Assembly: GCF_001194135.2 (NCBI RefSeq)
Contig: NC_068993.1
Coordinates: 51,349,105-51,413,104, forward strand
Direction: 5' to 3'
Length of the DNA stretch: 64,000 nucleotides
Source of the DNA: Octopus bimaculoides
Lineage: Eukaryota
The translations under genes and the position numbers were made by a program. The first letter of the stretch is position 1; each line of letters begins with the position of its first letter. A model generated the notes under the pieces. The model saw only the letters and a list, made by a program, of their open reading frames with translations. It was not told the origin of the DNA and ran no database searches. Of the stretch, positions 12,487 through 25,478 are shown piece by piece.

Positions 12487-12568
<82 letters not shown>
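12230..12568 (+). mobile_element. 5'-truncated R4/Dong-like LINE between (AAT)n tracts
   Basis: IPIIIGALSIIK*YSDKYMTKTPGLTNIYNIQKIALLGTAHILRKTLSIQ* (12230-12382), then 3' UTR; (AAT)n at 12201-12229 and at ~12487-12568. Confidence 0.9.
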
Positions 12569-12570
<2 letters not shown>

Positions 12571-12788
12571 TGGACAGCAACAACAACGAAAACGAAAATT
12601 TCGATAATGACAACAATGGCGACACGTAAAGACAATGACAAAAACAGAGACCACGGACATCGACAATAACAACAAGAGTAATAATATCAATTGAGATGAT
12701 TATAGAACAATCAAGAGTTAAACCAAAATCATAATACCATCAACAACAACATAAACCGAATCAGGGGCCACTGACAGAGCCTCTACAT

Positions 12789-13043
12789 CAGTGATTCTCA
12801 GCCGAGGTCCATATGACCCTTGGGGTCCGTATAAGAATTTGTGGTTAATGTTTATATGCAATAAATTGGTTTACTTCAACGATACACAATATAATTTCAA
12901 CATTTTTTAAAATGCAATTCCTATTGATATTTAATCATAAAGATATGATTTCTTGGAAACATCGAATCGTTAGGAGCCTATATCCAGGTGAAATAGGCAT
13001 CAAAGAGTTCCATAGGTAAAAAAAAAATGGTTGAGAAACACTG
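12789..13043 (+). mobile_element. hAT (Charlie-like) MITE
   Basis: TIRs cagtgattctcagcc / ggttgagaaacactg; left flank ctctacat resembles the Charlie-type target; TSD decayed (4/8). Confidence 0.75.
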
Positions 13044-13078
13044 CCCCACTCGATGGTTCAATCTGCTAGATATAGTAG

Positions 13079-13222
13079 GCGGCGAGCTGGCAGAAACGTT
13101 AACACGCCGGGCGAAATGCTTAGCGGTGTTTCGTCTGTCGCTACGTTCTGTGTTCAAATTCCGTTTGTCTGTCCTTGTTTGTCCCCTCTGTGTGTAGCCC
13201 CTTGTGGGCAATAAAGAAATAA
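13079..13222 (+). mobile_element. SINE family A with central domain deleted
   Basis: Head ggcggcgagctggcagaaacg...gttcaaattccg is joined directly to tail tttgtctgtccttgtttgtcccctc...aaagaaataag; ~87 bp missing relative to the 33498 copy. Confidence 0.9.
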
Positions 13223-14703
13223 GATATAGTAGCTAAATGTCTCCCAAAATCTCATCCTATCTTCTTATCAAGACAAGGTGAGATGTGGGCTGTAAACAGA
13301 AGCAAGTATTTAACACTGGTTAATGAGGCCATTGATAAACTACGTCTGAAAAAGACAGGACGGTCATTGGTGGAACGCTTTTGGTTATAGGTGACCTCGA
13401 TGAAAGCTGATATTGTGGTTGTCGATGGATTAAATATCGACAGCGATTTGATCAGGAACGACAACTATGTGATGTAGATAAAACCTACAGAAGTAAGTAT
13501 GGTATGTTATATGTGATTGCATTGTCATTTATTGATTGGATTGGATTGGCTGAACTGCCAAAAATACTGCGAAATGTAAACAGACTCAGGAAATACCCCC
13601 AGGGAAACACTGTAGACGTTATAACCTCTGGAAGAACAGCTATAGTAACCAAGAAAGCTCTTTACTAACGTCAGAAAACTTTGTAAGTGTTTGGAAATGT
13701 ATTGAAAACTTAGGTGAAACCATCAGATAAATCAGAATTGTATTTGTCAACAGCGACAACGAGGATAACCACGAATATTTCACGAACACCAACAGCAGCA
13801 GTAGCAATGAGGATATACGTTAACTGTGATAGCAACACCAATAAACAGTGATCACAACAATCGTAGCAACAAGGTTAATTTGAGGAAAAAATAAAACTGT
13901 AACAAGTTAACGTAATTAATAATAGCAACACCCGCTAACATACGTGTAAACAACAATAATTCAGAAATAAGGAAGACGTTAATAATGACGGAAACGTCAA
14001 CGTTGTTGTCATTATGAGATATGGATGCGTTAATAGCAGCAAACGACGATGAAATTATAAACAAGCGCAACAACATCCAGAAAGAAAAAAAATAACGAAT
14101 AGTCCAATATGGATAGAAACAAAGACAAGGGAATATCGTCAGTAACAATAAGCAACATTAGTGGGCATCTTAAATTACATAAGGAAAGACGATGTTAGTT
14201 ACATAAATTTCTTTGCCTGGATTTGTTGAATCCCTACTTTCTAACACTAACATCAATATATATATANNNNNNNNNNNNNNNNNNNNNNNNNNNNNNNNNN
14301 NNNNNNNNNNNNNNNNNNNNNNNNNNNNNNNNNNNNNNNNNNNNNNNNNNNNNNNNNNNNNNNNNNNNNNNNNNNNNNNNNNNNNNNNNNNNNNNNNNNN
14401 NNNNNNNNNNNNNNNNNNNNNNNNNNNNNNNNNNNNNNNNNNNNNNNNNNNNNNNNNNNNNNNNNNNNNNNNNNNNNNNNNNNNNNNNNNNNNNNNNNNN
14501 NNNNNNNNNNNNNNNNNNNNNNNNNNNNNNNNNNNNNNNNNNNNNNNNNNNNNNNNNNNNNNNNNNNNNNNNNNNNNNNNNNNNNNNNNNNNNNNNNNNN
14601 NNNNNNNNNNNNNNNNNNNNNNNNNNNNNNNNNNNNNNNNNNNNNNNNNNNNNNNNNNNNNNNNNNNNNNNNNNNTATATATATATATATATATATATGC
14701 ATA

Positions 14704-15608
14704 CCTTGTGGTAGATCTGAGAACAAGGTGGATAATGATGAGCTGGAGACTGTAGTGGGAGCGGAAACATCTCAAACTACGCGTGAGTTAGCAGCAAGGT
14801 TTGATGTTTCGATTCCAACTGTATTGGACCATCTGAAACAAATCGGCAAGGTAAAGAAGCTGGACAAATGGTTACCACATACACATAAACTGAACGAGCA
14901 TCAAATTACACGTCGTCTTGAAACTAGCTGTTCTTTGCTGTCACGGCATAAAAGCGAACCATTTTTGCATCGTATTGTTATGTGTGAGGAAAAATGGATT
15001 CTTTTCAACGGTGGTTGGATAGAGACAAAGGGTCAAAACACAACCTCAAAAAGAAAATTCAGCAAAATAACTAACGGTGTCTATTTGGTGATCCAGCGCT
15101 GGTGTCATCCACTACAGCTTCATGAGACTTGGTAAGTCAATTACAGCGGATGCATACATCAACCAATTGGATGAAATGATGAGTGAACTTGCAATTACAC
15201 AACCGAGATTGGTCAATAAAGACAAGCCAATTCCCTTGCAAGACAATGTTCGACCACATGTTGCACAAAGAACGCTACTCAAGTTACAGGAACTGAAGTT
15301 GGAAGTACTCTGTCATCCACCATGTTCACCAGACTTTGCGCCAACTGACTATCACGTTCTTCATACATTAGACAACATTTTGCAAGGAAAAATCTGCAAA
15401 TCTGAAGAAGATGCAAAAACAGCCTTTCGTGATTTCTACACCTCTTGCTATCAAGAATTCTTCGCACCTGGCATAAATAAGCTCCCGATAAAATGGCAAA
15501 ATTGTGTTGATAATTTAGGTGCATACTTTCATTAACTGCATTGCTTTTTTTTTTAGATAAAGTAAAATAAACTTTTTGTTCAAAATCGGACATTTCATTC
15601 GTAATGAC

Positions 15609-15612
<4 letters not shown>
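14704..15612 (+). mobile_element. Mariner (D,D34D; SETMAR/Hsmar-like) transposon remnant, 5'-truncated, transposase pseudogene
   Basis: HTH region TTRELAARFDVSIPTVLDHLKQIGKVKKLDKW.PH; catalytic motifs CEEKW (D to E), QDNVRPH and HPPCSPDFAPTDYH; frameshifts and a W-to-stop near 15010-15100. 3' TIR ...cggacatttcattcgtaatgacctga is followed by (TA)n. Confidence 0.93.
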
Positions 15613-15658
<46 letters not shown>

Positions 15659-15668
15659 CATACACGCG

Positions 15669-15707
<39 letters not shown>

Positions 15708-16099
15708 ATATACATATATAATTACATGGTATGAACCTAGCAGGAAATATGCAATCAGACAAATTTGGAGATCCTTTGTAAATATTTCTTAACTTAGATA
15801 GCTTTTAATCATTTTCTTTCTTTTGTTTTTCTCTCTTCTTGTGTGTGTGGTGGACTACACAATGATTCCTAGATCTATTTTATTCTTGTGGTCTCGGTAA
15901 CCAAAAATAGCTCTATTTTACAGTTTTTGGTACTTTTCAGTGCAGTGTGTCACTAGACACAAGACAATTCTGATAAATAAGTTAAATTCAGCCTTTTATT
16001 AAGTTACTAATTAAGAGGATGTATGCAAGTTTAACTAGATGTCAATTAGTTTGTGCATACAATCCATCCCACCTACGTCACTTTTTTACACTCTCCTAA

Positions 16100-16660
16100 A
16101 ATCCAACACACACATCACGAATTAAGGTCTCTACTACCATCACAACTTCTACAACAACTACTACTACTATTACAACTACCACAACCACCACCACTACTTC
16201 CGTCACTGCTAGCCTTAGCGTTCATCCATGCCATCAACGCAACTACTGCCAATACGATCGCTGGTTCAGTACCAACAAAACCATCACCGCCATGACCACT
16301 ACCAAACACGACTGTTCATTACAACCATCACCAATGCCACTAGCACTATCACTGTCGTGACTACAGGTCACACTATTATCACCCCCACCCCCAGAGCCAC
16401 CAAAACCATCATCGCTACCATGGCCGTTACCACCACCTCCACCACCACAAGAATTTAGTAGCACCGCAGCCATCAATACCACCACTAATAAGACTTAACA
16501 GCTTATAATATTAGGACCAGACGACAACTACTACAACACACCCACGTCATCACAACTCCACACCACCACTTCTACTACGACCATTACTACTCCTAACAAC
16601 AACAACAGCAACTGCATCCATACTAAGCCGTAGTCTTTAACACCACTCTACCAACATCCG
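16100..16660. repeat. Degenerate ACC/ACT/AAC triplet low-complexity tract
   Basis: Read directly. Confidence 0.85.
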
Positions 16661-17559
16661 TGAAATATGTTTTCCCTCACAACGTTAAGTGTTTATCTTT
16701 AATTCCTTTCCCTACCTCCACCCTTCTAATTTCCTGTGTCTCTCTCTATTTGTTCTCTACTCCTAGTATCCTCCTCAGTCCACGATCAGTCCGTCTGATA
16801 CTCGGAAATTGCCGGGCATTAAAGGACGTATTTTAAGACACTTCCGGTAGTTTCACTTTAACCTACAAACAGAAAAAGAAAGAAATTCATACAAACTAAC
16901 AAAAACACAAATAAAACAAAAAAATAAATGGAAATCTCATCAAAAATTTAATATGAAAACCTCTCTTCCTCCATCACTACCCAACAACAATAATATTATT
17001 GTATGTGGCCGTTGCGTTAGCTAGATATAGTAACCGAATCGCTTTCATTTTATGTCTTGCAGTAAAAAGAGAGACAATTTATAATATATTGTAATCGTAC
17101 ATTTAGTTGACTATTTTATTTTAATGGTCTATGGTTTTTAAGTTCTATAGTTCATGGGATACCAATGTCCATTTTGGTAATTCTTCTCTTGTTTTCTATA
17201 TTTTATTTGTAATTTTTATGTTTCATAGCTATTTGTGTGTGTGTAACCATTTGTGGTTGAGATCAATTGTTTGTATCTATATTTTGTAACAATAAGTAGA
17301 TGCGGACTTGATAGACATATTGCACTAACGATGCGCCATTGCTTCCTGTCAATTAATTGCGACGCAGTGCTTATGTTGTTAAAGCTGTTGACACCGCCGA
17401 TTGAATGGTATCAATCAGGTGTCGAAACTTTAATGATATATATTAGGCAACTCAGGATGGGTGGTACATGCTTAATGTACTTGTTGATAACTGTGACCCA
17501 TCTATGCCATTTTTTCATCGTGGTTCTAATTTGTCCTTCCCTAAAATTCTAGATCTTAG

Positions 17560-17890
17560 TAGGCACGTAGTAAAGGTATTCGGCTCATGATCGTAAGTCG
17601 TTAGTTCGATTCCCCGCTGCGCTTTGTGTCCTGGAGAAAGGCACTTTATTTCACATTAATCCAGTCCACTCATGTAGCAAAAATGAGTTGTATTCGTATT
17701 TCAAAGGGCGAACCTTTTCACATTCTCTGTCATGTTGGATCTTCTCGAGACGTGCGTTAAGGGTACACATATCTGTGGAGTGCTCAGTTCTACTTGTATT
17801 TCAAAGTCGCATTCTCTATCACCTTTGGATCTCCCTGAGAATGACATTAAGGGCACAGGTGTCTGTGGAGGGCCCAACCACTTGCACGTT
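17560..17890 (+). mobile_element. SINE family B with an internal ~90-bp duplication
   Basis: Head with B-box gttcgattcc. The segment gtatttcaaag...ttaagggtacac/ggcacagg.gtctgtggag occurs twice (~17695-17787 and ~17795-17875). Confidence 0.75.
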
Positions 17891-18379
17891 ACTGTCATTA
17901 GCAGAGTGTTCTTTCGAGGATGGGATGGACTTCAATACTCATCGTCCAAAGCGAGAGAGTGCCAGTTATGTTAGATCTTGTGGGGGTCAAAATTATTAAG
18001 GGAACGTTTGGTTTCTTAGTTTATGGTGTAATTTTATCATATATATTATATCATACATGAATAGATATTGCATGGGTCTCCTTTATTCTGTTTCTAATTC
18101 TTGAAAGAGTTTTATTTGCTTATGGATTTGCAGTTTATGGAAGTTTTGAAGCATGTATTGCATCGAAGAAAAAAGACACAAGCGTCACGGATGGAAGACA
18201 TTTGACGACAAATCCTTTTACAAGGATGACCGGCCAATAAACAATAGCAACTGCAGCAAAACTTTGGCTCGTGAAAATATTACTTATTTGACGGGCTTCT
18301 TGTAGCATGAAGGTTATAACCATAGCCATCAAATTGGCAGATGAAATTTTCTTTGATCAAAGCAATTCGGGAGTATTGT

Positions 18380-18885
18380 TGTTGGTGTGGGTAAGCATTG
18401 AAGTTAACGGTGGTACTGCGGCTGCTGGTGATAGTAGAGATGGTGGCTGTGGTGATGATGGTAGTGGTGATAGTATTAATGTTTGTATTGGTGGTTGTGG
18501 TGGTGGTGGTGGTGGTGGTCTTGATAATGTTGATGGCGATGGCAATTGTGATGGTGTTCGTATTCGTGGTAGCTATAGTGATATTGTTGATATTGGTGGT
18601 AGTTGTGTAATGGTGGTGGTAGTAGTGAGGATGGTAGTAGCGACGGTAGTAGTAGTAGTAGTTGTTGTTGTTGTTGCGGTGGTGGGGGTGCTAGTGGTGA
18701 TGGGTGTCATGCTACAGGTGGTGATAGTAGTGGTTGTAACGGCGAAGCTTATAGTGACGGAGAGGATAGTCTTGGTGATAGTGGTGATGGCATTGATTGA
18801 GGTGGTGGTGATGGCAATGGAGGTGATGACGGTAGAAGTGGTAATAGTAGTGATTATAGTGGTGGTGGTGGTGGTGGTGGTTTAT
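18380..18885. repeat. Degenerate (GGT/AGT/GAT)n low-complexity tract
   Basis: Read directly; explains the Val-rich ORF 18307-18918. Confidence 0.85.
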
Positions 18886-19158
18886 ATATTAATATTTAGC
18901 AATTCATTTGTGATATAACAGATATTTATCTAAATGAAACACGACTCTGCGATTAAGACATTTTGCATCGCAACCATAGCGTTCCGGGTTCAATAACGGT
19001 GCGAGAAACATTGTGTAAATGAATTCTCACCGTTTTTTCTCCTAGTTGACCATGGCTCTGCAATTATATAAATGTTAATTGTGCATAAAACTCCAAACAC
19101 ACATAAACACACACATACATACATGTAACATTGTGTGTACGTACGTACGTATGTATGC

Positions 19159-19214
<56 letters not shown>

Positions 19215-19699
19215 ATATATAGTTGTGTATGAATAACTCATATTATATATATGTTTGTATATATATATGTGTGTGTGTATGTATGTATATGTGTATATGT
19301 ATATGTATATATTGTATGATTCATACAATCACATAAATTTGTCAACCTGAAAATTGTCAGCAAATTAAAACCGTTTATATTTATAGCCTTTCAGGTATAC
19401 ACATACTAAATACTCCCTTGTGAACAGTCATCGTTTAAATAAATACTTCAGCATCATTCACAGGCAAATAATTAGATGAGACATTCAAACTATTTATCCC
19501 ATCTAATTGCGAAATTAAGTGTTCCAAAGACATACTCTGTGCTTCATATATTCCTAGGAACTTCCTCTTACTGGATTTCTATGTATGTTGGACATCAAAA
19601 ATATATTTACAGAGTTTCAAGACAAACTAATACCATCTAATAATTGCCTCTATTTTAGACGCAAAAAAGCGTTTAATTTATTGGTTTCAGATTTTGACA

Positions 19700-20460
19700 T
19701 AAGGCCAGCAATTTCGTGGAAAGGGTTAAGTCCGTCATATCAACCCAGTGCTCAAACGGTACTTATTTTATCGACCCCGAAAGAATGAAAGGCAAAGTTG
19801 ACCATCGCGTAGTTTGAACTCTCTTTAAAACGTTTACTATATTAAAATTAATTTCAGTTTTCGTGGTAGAAGCAAATAAGTAGAATTGTTAGAATTTCGA
19901 AAAAACAAACAAGAAAAAAATTATTTGAGTTCAAATCTTACCGAGATCGACTTTGCGTTTCCTTTTTTCTGGTCTAATAAAATAAGGTACCAGTGAATCA
20001 CTCGGACCAATGTGATAGCTATCGCTTCAAAATTGCTGGCTTTGTGCTATAGTTTGAAACAATAAGATGGGGTGCAAGCAGAATGTTTAACACGCTGAAC
20101 AAAACGTCCGCAACATCTCCTCCGGCATCACGTTCTGAGTTCAAATTCCTCATTGGTCGAATTTGCTCTTCATCCTGTCGGGGTCAATAAAATAAGTGCC
20201 AGTACAACACTGGGCTTGACTAGCGCTTTCAAGCCTTGTAATTATAATTTTACGCTAAGGTGCCTAGTTGGCATAATCGTTAATGCGTTGGACGAAATGC
20301 CTAGCGATATTTCTTTCGGCTTCTTTCGTTGAGTTCAAATACCGCCGTGGTTTACTCTGCACTTTATCCTTTCGAGATTCATAAAGTGAAGTACTACTCG
20401 TGTACTGGGTGGAGATATCTACTTACCTTTACGCCTTAAAATTGGTACCAAAATTAGAAT
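19700..20460. mobile_element. Cluster of four degenerate family A SINEs (one minus, three plus)
   Basis: gagttcaaat B-boxes and catcctttcggggtcgataaa-like central domains at ~19700-19822 (-), 19925-20060, 20065-20230 and 20255-20460. Confidence 0.7.
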
Positions 20461-20782
20461 TATTTCACGTTTGTTAAATTTTCTAGATTTATTTGTTCTA
20501 TAATTTGTATTTGTAGATTTGGCAACGTATTTTAACCCTCCTTTCAAACTGCTCACTTTTACAAGTGAAGTAGAGCATGGTGATACTGCGTTAAATATTT
20601 TATCAAATGATAAGGAATTTTTCGGCATATGTTACTGATTAGGCTCCTTGTAATTAAAGGTGGGCGGCTGGAATGCGTTTTTATATATACTAACAATTAC
20701 GTCAGAAACACATGAGTGTTATATTTAACGTTTTGTATCGGATGTAAATAATAATGATAATGATAATAATATTAATAATGAT

Positions 20783-20995
20783 AGTAATAATAAAATACTA
20801 GAAAGTAAGAAATATAAGATGTTGTGGGACTTTAACATTCAGACTGACAAAGTAATAGAAGCTAGAAGGCCTGATTTAGTAGTAGTAAATAAAGAAAAAA
20901 GAAAGTGCCAGATAATTGACTTTTCAGTCCCAAATGTTGAAAAATTCACTTTGAGAGGTAAAGAAAAAATTGTAAAATATCAGCAAAGTATGAAG
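20783..20995 (+). pseudogene. Restriction-like endonuclease (RLE) domain fragment of R4/Dong-like LINE
   Basis: KILESKKYKMLWDFNIQTDKVIEARRPDLVVVNKEKRKCQIIDFSVPNVEKFTLRGKEKIVKYQ carries the LWDF.IQTD..I.ARRPD...IID..VP...EK..KY signature; starts directly after an AAT-like tract. Confidence 0.9.
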
Positions 20996-21925
20996 ACATT
21001 GGTTTCAGTGTTGTTGAAGACTTTGAAGATATTTGATGTTTTCTTTATCTAAATTGTACCTATCCATGTCATGTCTTGGGAATTTTATAAGCCATTTTCT
21101 CTGCATAGTGGTTTGCTAGTATGGTTGGTTATATTACTTAGCCTATCATATATAGTTCTATTGGTTTACAAGTCTGTTTCATCGTGCGATCCTTGCACGA
21201 GCTATTCGTTGTTCAATTTGTATCACAATACGTAAACTGTTTTTGATAGTTTGGGATCACAATTATTTGAAAAGGCTACAACAAAGCAGAAAGAATGTAC
21301 GTTACGTAATATATATTCCTTAATAAAACTAAATTCTTTTTCGTTTGACTTGTACTTCACATCATTACGATCTTCAAACGAAAATAACATCTTACGGTAT
21401 TTAGTTTAGATTTAGATACAAAAGAGGAATAAGTTCATTCTTCTGTCTATGGCTACAGTTTAAATTGGCGAATTTCTATTAGGGATTTGTCTACGTTTGC
21501 CATGATTTCATTTGCCAATTCATTGATATTCTATTTTTCGCTAGGTCTGATAGAAGCAGCGAAAAATATCTCTGAAATAAAACTCTGAAAGCATGAGAAA
21601 CATTAAGATATTGTTGTTCGAGATGCATCGGTTCTCACTGACAAAAAATGTTAAGGATGGAACTTTTTATATCATATGACTTCAATTCCAACATTGATAC
21701 GGAGCCCAGTAAAAACAATGTACAGGCATGGTATGTCGACACATGATTTAAGTTTGTGCTTAAGTTTGTGTGGATGTCTATGTTGACAAAGATTTCGAAT
21801 GCCTTTATGGAAGCATTCATCATATGAGAATAAATACTCAAAGCATTTAGAGATGAAATCCAAATACGAGTTAACACTCACACATAAGCGCGCACACATG
21901 TATGTATGTATGAATGTAAATATGC

Positions 21926-21977
<52 letters not shown>

Positions 21978-22374
21978 NNNNNNNNNNNNNNNNNNNNNNN
22001 NNNNNNNNNNNNNNNNNNNNNNNNNNNNNNNNNNNNNNNNNNNNNNNNNNNNNNNNNNNNNNNNNNNNNNNNNNNNNNNNNNNNNNNNNNNNNNNNNNNN
22101 NNNNNNNNNNNNNNNNNNNNNNNNNNNNNNNNNNNNNNNNNNNNNNNNNNNNNNNNNNNNNNNNNNNNNNNNNNNNNNNNNNNNNNNNNNNNNNNNNNNN
22201 NNNNNNNNNNNNNNNNNNNNNNNNNNNNNNNNNNNNNNNNNNNNNNNNNNNNNNNNNNNNNNNNNNNNNNNNNNNNNNNNNNNNNNNNNNNNNNNNNNNN
22301 NNNNNNNNNNNNNNNNNNNNNNNNNNNNNNNNNNNNNNNNNNNNNNNNNNNNNNNNNNNNNNNNNNNNNNNNNN

Positions 22375-22560
22375 GTCTTGCTGATGCCCAGCATCTTGTA
22401 GCTTCTACAGTGTGTTAAGCGTGACTGTACTGCGAATTCTCTGCATCGAACATTAATGATCGCACCATTACCCGTTGTTTCGACATATTTCTATCAGATC
22501 AGTATATTTTGAATCTTTCTCTCTCTGTGCTTCACAATACAATCGTTCCAGCGAATACAG
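22375..22560 (-). pseudogene. C-terminal RLE region of a HERO/NeSL-like LINE
   Basis: Minus strand translates EAQREKDSKYTDLIEICRNNG* then, after a frameshift, INVRCREFAVQSRLTHCRSYKMLGISK. This resembles EAHERK..KY.EL...C...GW...IEVGCRGF..QS....LGI. Confidence 0.6.
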
Positions 22561-22892
22561 GTTTGAAAAAGTAATTTACTGTTGAGGGTGCGGGTTTTTG
22601 AAAATTTTAGCAACTGTCAAAGTTCGTCTTTCAGGTCAAAATATGCAATAATCCCTTGGTTAAAAAAAGTTTACTAAGCAAGCAAAGACCACCAAGTTCA
22701 ATCCCAGTGCAGGGAGCATTAACGCAGAAACTTTTCCCATATGTTTGATTCGAATAATGCTCTGAGCGACACGAGATCTAAAAGAAAACCTGTTGGGAGG
22801 TCTTTAATTTTAATCAGAGAACCGAGTTTGTAACATACTGATTCAAATTATGCCAAAGTTACAGCAATGTATGAAATTTAGATGTACGTATT

Positions 22893-23026
22893 ATACAATG
22901 AGTATCAATTTATGTTGAATAACCAGCTAGAATCCTCATCAGTTAAATCGATAGGTAGCTAGTTAATGCCCCTACAAAGTATGTATGTATGTTTCTTTTT
23001 ATATGTAGAAGCATACATATTTATAT
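22893..23026 (+). repeat. Direct repeat copy 1 (~135 bp; partner 26860-27001)
   Basis: atacaatgagt.caatttatgttgaataaccagctagaatcctcatcagttaaatcgat...tagaagcatacatatttatat is near-identical in both copies. Confidence 0.9.
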
Positions 23027-24479
23027 GGAATTTTATGTGTGTGTATATATATATATATATGGATATAAATAGATACGTACATATATATGTATAAAGATGC
23101 AAATATTTATATATATGGAATATATATATATATATATATATATATANNNNNNNNNNATATATATGTATGTATATGTATGTATATATATATATTATATTTA
23201 TATAAAATATACATACATACATACACAGACACTGACATATGTATACATACGTACATGCGTATTTATGCTCACCTTAATATTAGATGGATTCCACAATATT
23301 CTTTCAGATATTAACCATAAATTTTGAATATTGTGCACCCATTCATGAAAAACGCTCATACCTTTACCCGTATAATTTGACTTCTTGTTTTTAATATATG
23401 TCGAGGTATTCACAGATTTATACAATCTTATATACAATTAGACACCCGTATAAACGCACAGGCAATATACAGAACCACTGAGGTATACTCGTATTAGCAA
23501 GCTGGAAAATAAATGAAAGCATGTAACATGTATGTGTGTATTATATATATATATATATATATATANNNNNNNNNNNNNNNNNNNNNNNNNNNNNNNNNNN
23601 NNNNNNNNNNNNNNNNNNNNNNNNNNNNNNNNNNNNNNNNNNNNNNNNNNNNNNNNNNNNNNNNNNNNNNNNNNNNNNNNNNNNNNNNNNNNNNNNNNNN
23701 NNNNNNNNNNNNNNNNNNNNNNNNNNNNNNNNNNNNNNNNNNNNNNNNNNNNNNNNNNNNNNNNNNNNNNNNNNNNNNNNNNNNNNNNNNNNNNNNNNNN
23801 NNNNNNNNNNNNNNNNNNNNNNNNNNNNNNNNNNNNNNNNNNNNNNNNNNNNNNNNNNNNNNNNNNNNNNNNNNNNNNNNNNNNNNNNNNNNNNNNNNNN
23901 NNNNNNNNNNNNNNNNNNNNNNNNNNNNNNNNNNNNNNNNNNNNNNNNNNNNNNNNNNNNNNNNNNNNNNNNNNNNNNNNNNNNNNNNNNNNNNNNNNNN
24001 NNNNNNNNNNNNNNNNNNNNNNNNNNNNNNNNNNNNNNNNNNNNNNNNNNNNNNNNNNNNNNNNNNNNNNNNNNNNNNNNNNNNNNNNNNNNNNNNNNNN
24101 NNNNNNNNNNNNNNNNNNNNNNNNNNNNNNNNNNNNNNNNNNNNNNNNNNNNNNNNNNNNNNNNNNNNNNNNNNNNNNNNNNNNNNNNNNNNNNNNNNNN
24201 NNNNNNNNNNNNNNNNNNNNNNNNNNNNNNNNNNNNNNNNNNNNNNNNNNNNNNNNNNNNNNNNNNNNNNNNNNNNNNNNNNNNNNNNNNNNNNNNNNNN
24301 NNNNNNNNNNNNNNNNNNNNNNNNNNNNNNNNNNNNNNNNNNNNNNNNNNNNNNNNNNNNNNNNNNNNNNNNNNNNNNNNTATTTTCTCTCAGTGTGCAA
24401 TCACCTAAAACGCCACCGTACAAATTTATTGTTTCCAAAAATTCATTCGCACTCTCAATTTCTCTATCTCTGTCGCATT

Positions 24480-24486
24480 ATCTATG

Positions 24487-24536
<50 letters not shown>

Positions 24537-24544
24537 CCTGTCTG

Positions 24545-24601
<57 letters not shown>

Positions 24602-24690
24602 TTATCTATCTGTCTGTCTTTCTTTCTGTCTATGTACGTTTATATCTATCTATCTATCTATCTATCAATCAGTATATCTATTTATTTATC
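24480..24690. repeat. (TATC)n microsatellite
   Basis: Read directly; similar tracts at 25435-25555, 28775-28890, 34660-34715, 43760-43800, 44180-44240 and 45765-45820. Confidence 0.95.
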
Positions 24691-25434
24691 TTCACGGCAT
24701 GCTTAAAATGTGTGTACTCGCAGGCAGCCACACTTACATATCCTCAGGCAGAGAGGTAAACACACATATTAAAATATCATCAACAATAACACACATGGGC
24801 GTATTGTGTATATGCATGTGTACACACAGTCACATACGCGCACATATGTATAATATCATATAAGCAGTTTTATGAATTATATGAAATATACACGTAGAAA
24901 TTATAATAAATTACCCATAGATATATACAGACATACACACGCACGCGCACTCACACATACTCTCACACACACATACACACACACAGATACATATACATAC
25001 ATACAGACACGCTCCCGCGCACACATGCGCTCGTGTGTGCACGTTATTTCAGAAGTTTACAAGCAGAGATATGGAAAATGATAGCGAGTGATAGATGTAG
25101 ACATCTATTCGCACCATTCCATCAAATCAACCAGGAATATAAAAACTTTGTAATACAATTAGAAATATGGCATCTCCTATTTTACTGGAGTTATATATGC
25201 GTGTATACATGCATGCAACTCTCTGCGTTTCTATCCACCTCTTGAGCTTTCTTCCTAGTTCTCACTCTCTTTTTTCAGTCTTTCTGTCTCTCACCTCTCT
25301 CCCGCTTTCTTTTTGTATTTCCTTCTCTTTCTCTTTCTCTTTCACTTATTATCTATATAAATAACTATATATTACATAATTTCTTGTCCCCTTGTTAGGT
25401 AATTTCTGTTTCCTTATCTATATCTAATTCTCTA

Positions 25435-25478
<44 letters not shown>

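Noticed and set aside
13391-13492. Exon-like segment (ttatag acceptor, GTAAGT donor)
   Set aside because: Stops in all three frames; it could only be non-coding and cannot be supported without RNA data.
18307-18918. 203-aa Val/Gly-rich ORF that looks hydrophobic
   Set aside because: Produced by degenerate GGT/AGT triplet repeats; similar tracts recur elsewhere in the window.
22925-22950. CTGATGA on the minus strand within the duplicated segment
   Set aside because: No GAAA follows the weak stem in either copy, so it is not a hammerhead.
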